The notes under the pieces were generated by a model. That model searched no databases. It saw only the letters and a program-made list of their open reading frames with translations, and was not told where the DNA came from. Shown in pieces: positions 27,701 to 42,700 of a DNA stretch of 48,420 nt. Source of the stretch: Intoshia linei (Eukaryota > Animalia > Orthonectida). Where the stretch lies: positions 1-48,420 of the forward strand of contig LWCA01000141.1 of assembly GCA_001642005.1 (NCBI GenBank), read 5' to 3'. Position 1 is the stretch's first letter. Each line of letters begins with the position of its first letter. The position numbers were made by a program, and so were the translations under genes.

Positions 27701-30700
27701 TTCGTTGTGTGAGGGAGGCAACTGGTTTTACCGGCTAAATTCCGTGTGTTATTAATTTTCTAATTAAAAATCAAATTTATTTATATATGCGACATGCGAA
27801 AAAAATTTTTGATCATGCTTTTAGGTGCGGCGATTTTTTGAAATTTCATAAGGTTCCGCGCAGTAAAAAAGGATGAGAAACACTGTTCTAAGCCATAAAT
27901 CGTATCATATAACCTAGTAACTTTTCCAAGGGTCTTAACTTGACATTTTACATTTAGCACACAAAATAATTTAATATTCATAAATATATTTTTTTAAATG
28001 CTTAATTTGTAAAAAAATTAAGCCCCGATTTTCGATAAATTTCGTCTACACCTCACGAATTTGTCGAATTATTCATCGCGGTACGGTATGTTTGGCTCTG
28101 TTCGTAATCGATTTTGTAATATACTATAATTTTTTTTTACGAATCATACCCTTTTCGAAATTTTTTTTGCAACAGTAGCATGGTTCATTTTATATTTATA
28201 ATTTATAATGATGTGTATTTTGTTCAACGTTGATGAATTATTTAGTAAATTTGTTGTATTTAGAATTTTACCATAATTTCCGAAAAACCAAAAATACAAA
28301 AATCATTTTACTCAAAACCGGGTGAACTTCCAAGAAAAATAGCAATAGAAAGGTAGAAATAAATATTTCATTTTTAATTTACTAAATTTAATATACTATA
28401 GTAATTATTACATATAAATAATATGATATTACAACCTATAAAAATATTATAAAAAAATATTGGTAAAAGGGGATTTTTCTTTAGGGGTTGGTAAAATTAG
28501 GTTTTTTCTTTTGGAATCAAATAGAGGAATTATTGATCTAAAAGGTTGGTAAAATGGGATTTTTCAGAAAAATATTGGTAAAAGCTGTTTTTTTCCTTAA
28601 GGTTTGGTAAAAGTAAGTTTTTTCTTTTGGGATCAGCTAGCGTGGTTTTTGTTCTAAAAGTTTGGTAAAATTAGATTTTTAAAAAAAATATTGGTAAAGG
28701 GATTTTTTCCTTGAGGGCTGGTAAAATTTTGATTTTTTCTCATAAGATTATGCTAAATTGGATGATTGAATGAAATATGCTGAAAATTTTGAATTAGCCA
28801 ACAATCATCTAAAATTTTTTTTTTGATAACAATAATATTATTTATTCATGGAACGAACGTGTGTTGATAACAAAATATTAATTTTATCTATAGAAAAAAA
28901 CGCTGTTATAAAAGTTTAAATCTAAATGAATTATTAAAAGAATTAAGCATTGATTCTAATCAACTCGTACCAAAGGTTTCTATGGATATATCTTCACCCT
29001 TTATGAGTGAAAAGGACACTAATATAACTTTTCCATCTTATTTGGCATTAGAAATTTTTGATAATGATGATTTTGATTGCCGCACACCTCAGGAATGGAT
29101 AAATTTGGGACGGTGTACCACAAATAATGCAAAAGATGAAAACTACAGTTACAAACCAATCAGAGCTAAAGCTTTGCTTCCAGAGAATGTAGAATTAATG
29201 AACAAAAATGTGTTTGGTAAGAATTTCTGTAAATTAGCATTATGACATCCTTAGAATAATCCGTAAAATTGATGAATAATAATAGTCACACTGAAGTCTT
29301 TAACAAATACATTTAAACATTTAAATACATTTGTACATTTAAATACAAATGTAGATAACTTGAATACATAAAAATTATAATAATAAATATGTAGTGTGTT
29401 TATAGTAGTTAGAACTTTGTTACCATTACTTGTATAAGGTAAAATTTATAATTACGTGTCCTTGACGCCCCTGTGTGTAACAATTTATTTAGAAAAATAA
29501 AAGGTCCAAAAATTTAAAAAAACTTAAATTCGGAGACATTTTTATACGGTGTAGTAATTAAGATAAATTTTATTCATAGAAATCACATAAATAATGTGTC
29601 CTTGAATCTTAAATAATATAGACTCTAACACATCTTTTTAAGGTTAATTTTGTCTCATAAATTTAATTATCTCAATTTGCATATTCATAGTGAAAACCTT
29701 AAATTACTAATTATCCTTTACTGGTATCAAATTGAGTGTCTGTGTGTTACCGTTTATTTAAAAAATTAAAAATTGTAGAATTAAAAAAAACCCAATTTCT
29801 AATTAAGTGTTTAACGGGTGATGTTTATATGTGAGCTTCAATTTCCGAAAATAAGTCCTTGAGCATGAAAAACCCAATTTTCCCTTTTTTCTAATAATAA
29901 AATAAGCCTGAAAATTAAAAAAAAAACACACATTATGGGAAGCATTGGAAATTCATTAACATTATCGTAAATCTTAATCTTAGAAACTTTCCCTTTCACG
30001 GTCAAAACTACAAGGTACCCCTTGTTTTAAAAATTAAAAAAGTCTACTAATTTTATAAAACCTAATTCTGTGATATTTTTTAAAATCATAAGCATTATCA
30101 TAAATCGTAACCCAAAAAACTAAAATTTTCACAATTAAAACCCCAGATTACCTTTTATTTAAAAAATAAAATAGTCGTTGGTTAATAGTTGATAACATTG
30201 ATTCATCTGACAGTCGTGATATAAAGAAGTATGTACTTTATGTAATTAAAATTATATTATTTTGGAATTCATGTTATTTATGACTATTTTTAAGTGTTGT
30301 AACTATAATTGAATTGTTTTTAAGATTATAAACTTATTGTCTATAATTATAATCAATTAAAAAATTAGATGAAAATGATTTAAAGTCAGTCCGTTTGAAT
30401 TGGTTTGACGTTGGAGTATTTGATTATAACGAAGAAAGCAAATTATTCACTGTAAAAAGAATAAATGAAAAATCAAGTGGCCTCTCTACAATAAAACGTA
30501 AAGGGGATAAAAACACAAATAACAAAGGTAATTTTTTATAAAAATAATCATAATCAGGGATTCTATCACTGATCTCAGCAAATAATTAAAACATAATAAT
30601 AAATAAATTCACATAATTTTTATTGTAGTAATCAATTTTTTTATATTAATTGTGAAGTTTCTTATCTGTCTGCTAGATTACAAAGTTGCAAATGCTGTTT

Positions 30701-33700
30701 CACTAAATTAATCAAAATTTAGATTACTTTTCAAAAACATCATCTAAAATTCAAAGAATATACTTATGCTTCAGCTCCGAAGATCCAAGAATTTTTGCTC
30801 GGCGAATTAAACATGCTGTAAATTTAAGAAGTTACACTGAAGCTTTAATAAGATATAATCTTTATATTGACTGTATGCCAATGGATGGTGTAGCTGAACC
30901 TGAGCCTGTATCTATGAAAAGAATTCTAAATTTGGCTAAATCTGTAAAAAGTTTAAAAATTGAAAATATAGACGATGTATTTAAAAATTTGGAAAATCAA
31001 ATTACTATTGATTACTGTCGGTCAATGAATAAAATTATTTTTGATAATGCCGTCAAATCTAAATCTAAACAATTTAAATTTGTGACTTTGCCCAAGATTA
31101 AAAAAAAAAAAATTCCTGACATTGGTAAACTTTAAATTAATTAGACACATTAAATTATAAATTAGCTACATATATGGATGTTCCAGTATACAATTTTACC
31201 GAAATTTATGAAACATTTGCATTTAATACAATATTAACTAAACCTGAGGTTATACAATGTTTATTTAAAATAAAATATGAATGCGATACTATTTGTAATA
31301 TGAGCTTAATGCAAACGACAGCGACCAAACATATGCGATTGGATGAATTTGAACAAATTCAGAGTTTAACAACTTCTCGTGTAGTGTCCTTCCTCAAGGA
31401 AGGATGGATCAATAAATTAACCCTAACCATCAAAAGCTGCTTGCGTGATGTCGGGAAAGGGTGGTATAATATAAATCAAGATAATCACGATATTTACAAA
31501 ATATCTAAATTGAGTAAATTGATAGAAATGATCAAGTATTGCATGCAGGTATAAAATTGGTTTATTTATTTTTTGGGACGTTAAACGACGTTATTAAGAT
31601 TTTAAACTTATATTGAAATTTAGGATTCAATCAGATATTTGGTGATGAATTCTTTGAGGGATTATGAATTCCTATTTAAAGAAGCTACAAATTGTTTATT
31701 AGACTTTAATGAATCTACGCCGTGGAACACAGATTTAATTTTTTCAAATTTTAAGTAAGTTTTTAGTAAATTGTCAGAGGCAAACCTACCATACCGAGAT
31801 TTTTGTTCGGGTTAGTGGCGGTGGGCGATGAAATTTTGTAAAAAAGGGCCTCATTTTTTTAAATAGCATTTAAAATATTTTCTTGAAAATCATAACTATT
31901 TTTCATGTTATTTTTAAAATATCAAGTCGAGACCCTTGACGAGATGGCTAGAGACCATATGACATTATGTATCGTTAACGAAATCTTTTAGGGTCCAATT
32001 TTCATTTGCGGTGACCTTGAGCTTGGTGGGCTATGTTTATACTAATCAAATTTAATTTGATGTTGAAAGTATATATGAATATTGCAACATTTGATTGAAA
32101 TCTTATACATTGAACAGTAAAAATCATTATTTTAAATTACAAATGTAATTGATAAAAATTTTTTAGACCCAATAATCATACCATATTTTATATTGATTTG
32201 GTTTTGGAGAAGGACAATATTATGTTTAGTAATGAACTTGAAGATTTTTCTAGGACAGTGATAGATATCATAAATTTTGCAATTGATTTAACTCAAAACA
32301 TTCCGCAATTACAACAGGTTTTTACCAATTATAATTCATTTTTTTTATTATTTATTTATTAGTTAATTGTGGTAAAACTTTATGGAAGAGTTACTGAATA
32401 TTTGGAATCGGTTGGATCTAAAGAACCATTTGTTGTAGCTATAAGAGAAAGGATTAGAAATTACATACATAAAGCCGTTTTAGCTTTAATAGTATATTCT
32501 CGTCAATATGAAAAATATATTGAATTATCCATGTTAAACGTCAAGGAATATGTTGAGTAAATTTATTATAATTTATAAAGTATTGTAAACTACACAGTAC
32601 ATTAAGGGTGTGAACGAATTTTTATATGAAATTTTATTTAAGAAAATAAATCTAATTTATCATTTAAATTTTTAATATTTTCATATTCAATGTAGAGAAT
32701 GGGGTTATAAATTAAACTTCAATTGCATCTTTTACATAAAAGATAATTTTAGTAATTACGAATCAGAAAACCATACAGCCGCGCAAGTCAAAGAAGAAGT
32801 GGAATTACAATTAAAAGCAAAAATTGAAATTGAAAATAACATTCCAAGCAATATTATAATTGGCCCTTTTCTAGTAAACACCGAAAACACGAGACAAGTT
32901 TTAGCTAAAAAAAGAAAATCTTTAGCTACGTCAATTTTAGGAGTATTAGCTAGAAAATTAAGGAATCAATCTGATCAAGTAAACTTAAATTATTTATTAA
33001 CCCTTCATTTATCTGGTTTGAATTTAAAAAATATTTGACGATCTGATATTTTTGAATTTTTCAACATCTGCAATGTTTATATAGCCGGACTACAAAAAAT
33101 GTGATTTTTTTAAGATATGAAAATAAATTCCGTTGGAATGAATTATATAGATTTTCACCCATATTTCTATATTGGAAATGTGTAGACGTTCAATGCACAT
33201 TTTTTTTGAAATTGTAGGATCAAATTTACATTTTCATTTTTGATTTTTAATTGATTTATTTGAAAAATATTGGTTGAATATATTAAAAGTATTTTTCACC
33301 CGGGAATGCGTAAATTTCTGGGGTTGAAATTTTGTATTTATATCAACTGGAATAAGCTCTATCAAAATAATATTTTTTTAATTTTTCGGACATTTAATTA
33401 TTTCACATTTTTTGTTTTAATAAAATATTTCGGAAAACAAAAATATATGAAAACCAAAATGCTTTTTTGACCATGAAGGCGTCACTTATTCAGATTGAAA
33501 TTTTTTTAAATTCTAGGGCTGTTTTCATTAAAAAAAAGGGTAATTTAGGGTTTTGGCCCTGAAGATATAATTTTTTTAAATTTAAATTTATGATAATGTT
33601 TATGATTTTAAAATCCGTATCAGCGTATATATTTTTTTAAATTCTCGAACTCGTTTGATTTTCAAAAAAAAGACAATTGGGATATATATTTTTTTAAATT

Positions 33701-36700
33701 CTCCAACTCGTTTGATTTTCAAAAAGAGGGACAATTTTTTAAATTCTCCAACTCGTTTAATTTTCAAAAAAAAAACAATTAGGGTTTTTGACTCGTAAGA
33801 TGTGAGTTTGTGAGGTTGAAATTTATTTTGTGAACACCCCCGGAAAAAACTGTAATTGAATGTAGACTTTATAAAATTCTAAGATGGGTAGTTATTTACA
33901 TAAAGCTGAACACACACACACATAAACAAAAATAGCATAGCATATTATATAAGTTAGGATATAAATACAATAAAAAATACTATAATTTACAGTTAAAAAA
34001 TTTCTAGTACTTTTATAATTCTTTATTGATTTATTTGCGATTCTTTATAAATATTATATGATCTATACTAAGATACATACTTTTTTTTGGACAAATGGTT
34101 CATGGTAAAAAAAGTTTGTGAAACACTGTTATACACCTAATAATTGTATTGTGTTGTAATTGGATTAACATTAATTTTTAAAAAGCTTTCAAGTAATCTA
34201 AATGATTGCCCACTGCTTTAGTATTATAAAAAATACTTACAAATCCTGATATGTATTTCATTTAATGTATATTCTTTTTAGGCATGCAATACGTTTAAAA
34301 AAATAAGTCAACGTTTGTACGAAAAACCAAATAGTATAGAAGAATTGGATGAATTACGGGAATGGATGATATTGGTTCCAGATAAAATCAAAGAACATCA
34401 GGTTTGTAATTTATAACTACTGTACATTGTAAATTGTTAACTTTAACATTTTACACCATTTATAACTCTTTTTTGCAAAAACTGAAATACAAAATTATAA
34501 TACTAAAATTCAATTTTGCAATTAATTTCGCTGAATTATATCCATCAGTTGATGTATTCTCTTCCATTCTTATACATTCATTACAAAAACTATTAACACA
34601 TTTTTACCAACTTTTACTTTACTGAAAGTATATCTTTATCTATATCAGTATAAGTATAAACCGAATTTTACCAAATCTTATGAGACAAAACTTTAATTGT
34701 TTCATAAATGTTTTATATTTTATATTTCTTTTGGGATCAAAAAAAATAAATATTTTTAAATGGGGTTCGTAGTACACCATTTGAATCGGGAACCACTTGT
34801 TTACATGTATTTTTTTTTTTTACAGTTTTTTATATATTTTTCATGATTTAGTATTCATGATTACAATTTCAAAATTAGTTAATACACTTATTTAATCCAT
34901 TATTATTATTTTTTATTTTATTTACTCAATTAAGTTAATTAATTAAAATTATTATTAAATAATTAAAACTGTTAGTTTAATAATGGTTTGAGTAATCATT
35001 TTTTTGTTGTACCCACTTAATAATTTATTTTCACATTTGGCCCACCTAGCAAATTAAGTCAGAGACTCTGATCTATGTAAACAAATGTGACAGTTTAATT
35101 TAGGATCAAATCGATCAATCAGTTTCCGACTATGAATTAATCGAAGATTTTTGTGTCAATTTATCGGTGGATGATTTTAATGCTAGATGGACAACAATCG
35201 GTTGGCCAAATAAATTGGAATTGATGATGTCACAAGCTGAGAAAACATTAAAAGTAGATGAAGAACGCTTCAAGAAAGCTCAAATTCAAGATAATGCCAA
35301 CGTTTATAATAAACTGGATGAATTAACAATGTCAGTAGCTGGTATGTCGGCATATACTGATATTGGTAAAGCGCATGAAACTGCTAATGAAATGAGACGT
35401 ATAAATAAACAATTGAATGAAACACAAAAATTGACACAAACTTACAACAATAGGGAACGATTATTTTCGCTTCCAGTTACAAATGTAATTTATGACAATT
35501 TTTTCATAATTTACAATTATATTTTCATCAAACTCCAAATATGAATAAAATAAAAATCATAAAAAACTTACATACCAAAACGGATATAGTTTCATTTTTT
35601 TTAAAATTAATAATGTCCTCTAACGTCATTCCTCCATGTTCATTATTCTGCCAACCTTATACATATTAGTGTATATTCTATAAAAAATTAATCAATAGTA
35701 ACAATTTACGAATATACCAACTTTTAGTATGATAAATTAAAAGTGTTAATGAATGATTTTGAACCTTATCGAAGTTTATGGATTACAGTTTCAGATTGGA
35801 TTAGAACTTATGACAGCTGTCTTGATGATCCTCTCAATTTAATTGACTCTGAAACAATAGAAAAAGTGGTCAATGATTCTTACAAATCTTTACACAAGTC
35901 GATCAAACACTTTAAAAATGTTTCAGGTAAAAAAATTATTATTTTAATGAATATATTTTACTATATTATACTATTATAATATTAATACTGTTTAAAAGAT
36001 GTTCTTGACGTTGCTACTACTATCAAAAACAAAGTACAAGAGTTTAAACCATACATACCATTACTTCAAGGACTTCGTAATCCTGGAATGCGTCATAGAC
36101 ATTGGACGGAAGTAAATTTATATTTATTAATTTATATTCAATTTGTAATATTAATAACATGAGTAATTATTATATTTTTAATTTTTTAATTCTCACGAAT
36201 TTTGTTTAGTTATCGGAATCAATTGGAATACCAATTGTACCCAATGACAGTCTAACGTTTACAAAATGTTTGGAAATGAATTTACAAAATTATGTAGAAG
36301 AAATTAGTAAAACTGCTCAAGTTGCTGGAAAAGAATATGCAATTGAACAGGTACATTGCATGTCATCATCCATTGAAATTAATTAAATGCGCCATCCATT
36401 ATTACATAAATAATTTAGGCCTTGGATAAAATGGAAACTGAATGGAAATCCATTTTCTTTGAAGTTTTACCTTTCAAGGAAACTGGAACATGTATAATAA
36501 AATCATCTGAAGAAGTTTCTCAAATGTTAGATGATCACATTGTTATGACTCAAGGGATGTCATTTTCTCCATTTAAAAAACCATTTGATGATAGAATTAA
36601 TAATTGGGAAACTAAATTGAGAATTACGCAAGTATTAATGCATAATGATGAAATAAACAAAATTTAGGATGTTATTGATGAATGGATATTTTGTCAAAAA

Positions 36701-39700
36701 CAGTGGCTTTATCTTGAACCTATTTTTAGCTCTGAAGACATTAATTTACAATTACCGGTAGAGAGTAAAAGATATCAAACAATGGATCGCATGTGGCGAA
36801 AAATTATGAAAAATGCAAAGGATGATCCGATGGTAATATTTTTAAATTTATTTTTTATTTCTAAAATTTCAAATTATTGATAAGTTAATAAAATTTTTAT
36901 TAGGTTATTTCATTATGCCCCGATACGCGACTCTTGGACAATTTAAAAGAGTGCAACAAATTATTAGAACAAGTACAAAAAGGTTTAAGTGAATATTTGG
37001 AAACGAAACGTGCAGCTTTTCCCAGATTTTACTTTCTATCTGATGATGAATTACTGGAAATACTTTCACAAACAAAAGATCCGACTGCAGTCCAACCACA
37101 TTTACGAAAATGTTTCGAAAATATTGCAAAAGTAATTTTTCAAACATCAATACGCACTAGATATCAAGATTATGGAACCATTTATATATGATTTTATTGT
37201 TTATCTAAAAAAGATTTCCAGGATTTTTGTTAATGATTGCAAAGTATATCTAGGAAATTTTTTAAATATATTTTTTGAAAAATACCGACTACATATGATG
37301 TGATCAAGAATCACCGACTGTATCTAAATTTGTTTATTTAAATTTTTTTAACATATACTTACCAATTTAATTAGTTGGAATTTCAAGATGATTTGCAAAT
37401 TACAGCAATGTTCAGTGGTGATGGTGAAAGAGTACCGTTCTGTGAAAAATTGTTTCCAACTGGAAATGTTGAAGATTGGTTATTGCAAGTTGAACGTGTT
37501 ATGAAAGCAAGTATTCGGTCCATTCTGGAAAAAGCTATCAATGAATATTCTGACGTATTTAAAATTAAATATAATAATTGCAATGTAGAGTCACTTACCT
37601 GTCGGGTTTGCGATATATTGTTTACCCACCTTATTAACTATACAATATTATGTCTGGTCCTATTTTCTCACTCAATTTTAAGGTATTAATGAGTTAGTGT
37701 TAGGGTTATTGATTGTTTACCTATTCAATACTTACACTTTTCAATCTGCCCTAAAAACGAAATTTGAAGACATTTTTAGAGTAAAGTTTGCAATCTTTTT
37801 GTCAAGCGGACTGGTCTGCCGCTGTATTGGTATAAAAAATATATTATATTTTTGAGTAAGAGTCATATCTAACAGGTACTTCCAGCGTTGTCAGTGACAA
37901 CTTGACATTATACAATTTTATACGTTTATAAAACTACATGACTCACATTTTTAATTAATAGGAAAGTCGAATGAAATGGGTGCTAATGTGGCCTGGTCAA
38001 ATTGTTATTGCTGGCAGTCAACTATTTTGGACTCAGAATGTTACAAATTGGTTAACTAAAAATAATTTATCAGAAGGATTAAATATGTTTTTAAAGCAGG
38101 TATTTTTATTTATGTAAACCAGAGGTTATAAAGTAAAAACAATACAATTATAGTTAAAACCCTCAAAAAAAATTAATTCATGTTGAAAATCTAACTTAAA
38201 AATCCTAATATTCACTATTATTAATCCTTTAAATGAGGGGTTCCCAAATTTGTTTCAGGTGGAACCATCATATCATATTACTTTTTACTTTAAAGTGAAT
38301 TATTCCATCTTAATTTGTCATTTTCAATGTGATGACATATATTCAGTATCAATTTAATAAATACTTAAAAATACCAATTGTGTATCAATAATTAACTGAA
38401 TCTTCACTTTATAAATATTTCAGTCAAATTTTACCATTATTGCAAAGAATTGTAATATAAAAATGATATTAACAAAGTTTTTTTAGTTTTGTTGTTGTAG
38501 TTTCTTATTTAAATTTTAATGTTTTAATATAAATATTTTGAAAATGTAAATTTGAAATTTAAAATATGCGTAGCAATGAAAAAAATTCCGAAGGAATGAA
38601 TTATATAGATTTTCACCAAGAATGCGTAGATTTCTGGGGTGAAAATTTTTTATTTATATCAACTGGAATAAGCTCCATCAGAATAATCTTCTTTTTTTTA
38701 ATTTTCAGACAGTTAATTATTTCACATTCTTTGTTTGAATAAAATATTTCGGAAAAAAAATATATTAATACTAAAATGCTTTTTTGACCGTGAAGTCGTC
38801 ACTTATTCAGATTGAAATGTTTTGTGTGTGTTAACAGATACAACTGTATCACTTGTACATTTTTTAATTCTAGTGCTGTTTTCATAAAAAAAAGGGTAAT
38901 TTGTGGTTTTGTCTCTGAAGATATAATTTTTTTAAATTTGAATTTATGATAATGTTCATGATTTTAAAATCCGTATCAGCGTATATATTTTTTTAAATTC
39001 TCTAACTCGTTTGATTTTCAAAAAAAGGACAATGCGGGTTTTTGACCCATAAGATGTGAGTTTGGGAGGTTGAAATTTATNGTTTGATTTTGCTTTAATT
39101 TCTAATAAACGATCCTCCCTGTTGACATTTTTCTTGGTCTTCCTTTTTTAAGTCGATTAGAGTTAGATCTTTTTGGTGCTTTTTAATTATTCCTTGAACT
39201 GCGCGTCTAAATATACGGAAAGCTCTCTAGCAATTTTTACTTGGGTATACCCTCTATTGAAATATGTGACAACTAATTCGTGCTTTTGTATATTTATTTG
39301 ACGCATTTAGTTGAAATTTATAAGAAGAATAATATTAATTACCTATATTTCAAAAAATATGTTTTTGAAAGTAATGAAAATGAAAGTGCTCAAAATATTT
39401 GAACAAGTAAATATTTTTATTTATATATAAATCAGTTTTTATTAAATTTAATGTATCATCGCAACCAAAACAATTATTTAAGGAATGGAATTTATGTTAT
39501 TAAGTAAGTTAGCCACTTAAAAAATTATAAAATTGAAAATTTATACAGATTGCGGCAATTTTACTAAGTGCTCAAAACATATGGACGGGTCTGTATTTTT
39601 ATAGTAATAACAAACATAAATCAAAAACAGAGGATATATTTAATATATATAGATATATTATATATTTAATAATTTCCGGGAATTAAATTTCCCGGGAATT

Positions 39701-42700
39701 TTGTCCCGGTTTTTTTTTGGCACAATCACTAGTACAAACAAGCATACGTAAAATAATTATTTTTTTTTATTTTTTTGTACATGAGGATTAAAACGAAACT
39801 TCATTTTAAAATATTGCTTGGCAATTTTTTTATATGATATATAATAATATTTATTATATATGTAACATATATTAATACTATAAAATACAAATCAAAACTT
39901 GTAACGCGTTACCCAAAATTAGTAATAAGTCAAATGTTTGACTTCGATTTTATAAAATCAATTATTATTTAAAAAAAGTTAAAGTTAAAATATAAAGGGT
40001 ATGTTCAATATTTTATTTGATTAATTAATAATAAATTTAGAAAACTAAAAAATTTTAAATTCATAAAACAATGCTTAAAAACTAGTGAACAGAGATTGAA
40101 TTATTTAAATATAAAAAGATGCAAAAAAGAAAGCACAATTGATATGCCATTAGGTATATAACACAGTACACCATTTTAAGACTTTTGATATAATCGTTAT
40201 TTTCAAAAAAAATTAGAAAAAGTGAATTTTTCTCTTAAGGGTTGGGTAAATTTGGATTTTCTCTTTATAATTAATTCCTGCAATAATATATTACTTTAGC
40301 CGTGGACACCTTTGAGAAGCAATTATTTAGACTATATTTTTTAATGTTGTGTCCCGCGAAATTTGTAAAATTTATTTTTTGACCCTCACTCGCCATGTTT
40401 TTGGACCAGCCTGGTCTATTTCATCATAATTTGTTTAATCACTAGTAATTTTTGCTCTTCAGAAAGTGACCCAATTGTTATGAAATGTTGGTCATATCTG
40501 CTGTAGAGGTTTACGTGTAAAACTCATTATAATGAGTTATTGTTTTTCTCATCTGTTTTAAATATAAATACAATTACATTTTAGAAAACATTTCTCAAAT
40601 TAACAACTTTGAAGTAGCAATAAATGAAATTAATAAAAATTACTACGATTGTGAATCAAACAAACTATTAATTGAAAAAATTGAATTATTAGTGAAAACT
40701 GAAAATTTATCAAATATAAAAAATTTACATTTAAATTTCACAAATATGCTTATTAATTTTGTCGAAAATTCAGATATTCACCTCAAATCATGGACTTTAC
40801 TAAAAAATTATTTTGAATCTAGTATAATTTTAATATTGTTTGATTTCTTTTTATTGTAGTCGATATAAATGAAATGTACCTACCAAACGAATTCCTTAAT
40901 GTCTTATTAGAATCATCTAAAGTAATTTTTAAAATTTTTTTATTTTTCTAGTTTTAATAATTTATTTATCATTTTTTTAATTGATTTTATTTTTAAAACG
41001 TATAGTTTTAGTAAATATATTTTGTATATTTCAAATTAGGTACACATCGCTAATGACATGATATTGTGCGAAATACTAAAAATAATTAAAAGAATTTCCT
41101 CTAAAGGTTAGTTTTAACAAATTTTTTGAATATATGGTAACACAATCAGACATTTAATTTTATATAAGTAAAAGGCTAACTAAAAAATTACATGAATTTA
41201 TTAATAAAATTTTTTTGAAATTAAAATTAATGAATTGTCAAAAATATCTTTGGGAATCCTGGATTTTAGTTCAAACGCTAGTTATATATATAAGGTTTTA
41301 ATTGAAAAATAAACGATTAAATATGTTTTTATAAACATGTTTAGAAAAAGTTAGTATATTCTTGGTGAAACATGAATTTTTGAATATCATTAAACTAATA
41401 ATGGAAATCAAGATACAGTCCTGTAATAATGATGAAACATCTCTAAATGTAGTGAAATTATCTCTATGCTCCTTCTGGTCTACAACCATATTTGGTATTT
41501 TACTTTTATTTTGTTTGAAATTTTTTGACTTAACAATAAAGTAAATTAAAATAATTAACAGATTCAACAAGAATACACTTTATAAAAGACAATTATATTA
41601 CACCCATTGTGGAGTTGCTTAAAAAATATACCGACCATGAAGAAATAATTAGTGAAATTTATCCCGCCATAATGTCATTAGCTCTAGAACGTAATTTTTA
41701 CAAATACCGTATAACTACAATTAGTCGAAATTTTTTCAAATTTTCGTATATATATGTATATATATGACGTACATTATGAATATTAGAATTATATGAATTA
41801 TGAATTAGAAGATTTCGTATAGATCTACTGTACTAATATAAATCATATACCATATTATTGTGGTTAGTTAATCTATACTTATTTCAGCTTCCAGTTACCC
41901 ATTAATAGTGGACATGAATATTATTGATTATATACTCCAAGGAATATTGAAATTTAAAAGATCCTCCGATTTAATAAAAAACGCAATTTGTGCAATAAAC
42001 ATTTTGTGCTCAAATAGCGGTAATTTTTTTCAAATTTACTATATATATTGAATATTAATATAATATTTTAATATTTGAATATAAAACAGAAATGTGCGCA
42101 TATCAACTTTTGTTGAACAATGACGATGAAACTGAGCATTTGTCAACAATAATAGAATTATGCTTGGAAAATATAGATTCAATTACAATGGTTGAATCTT
42201 ATATGAATCTATTTTTAGATTTGCTATTTTATGGTAAATTTAATGTGTCAGTGTTTTATCGATACATGATTAAAATATCTAAAACTTAATGTAGAGGAAG
42301 TAATGCATAATATGAAACTATTTAATATTGAAAAATTAATCTTTAAAGTTTGTGAAATGTACAAAAATAGCGATGTAATTATATTTTTAATTTTTTTCAT
42401 AATATTGAATTTTAGGATATTATGATACCTACGAAGGAAATTATGAAAATATTAGACATTAAAATGGAATAATTCGTTAAAAGACAACGATATTTAATAA
42501 ATTCGTTTTTTATTTTCAATTGTTTTGTATTTATAGTTTTTAACCAATTTTTTTGGTTTGTAAAAGATAATTACTTTATTTTATCATTACACTAGGTTGA
42601 CTGTTATGTACTACGTACTAACAGCACCTAGCTCTGCCGAGGGCACATTTTTATTTTACCAACAAAATAAATTCATGTTGAAAATCTAACTTAAAAATTC

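Noticed and set aside
28455-28815. CRISPR-like repeat array
   Set aside because: Degenerate tandem repeats without unique spacers, in a eukaryotic intron, with no cas genes.
11538-34625. Short hydrophobic F/I/L/K-rich ORFs (11538, 14183, 21059, 26691, 27781, 33270, 34434; also 5438 and 43993)
   Set aside because: Expected by chance in AT-rich DNA. Several lie in Helitron or hAT copies, and some use non-ATG starts that do not apply to a eukaryote.
40446-40535. Alternative start or exon for the guest gene (ATG at about 40532, or an open stretch at 40447-40503)
   Set aside because: The open stretch ends in TAG. Exon 40041-40153 gives a better phase-compatible and homology-consistent upstream exon, though an alternative start is not excluded.
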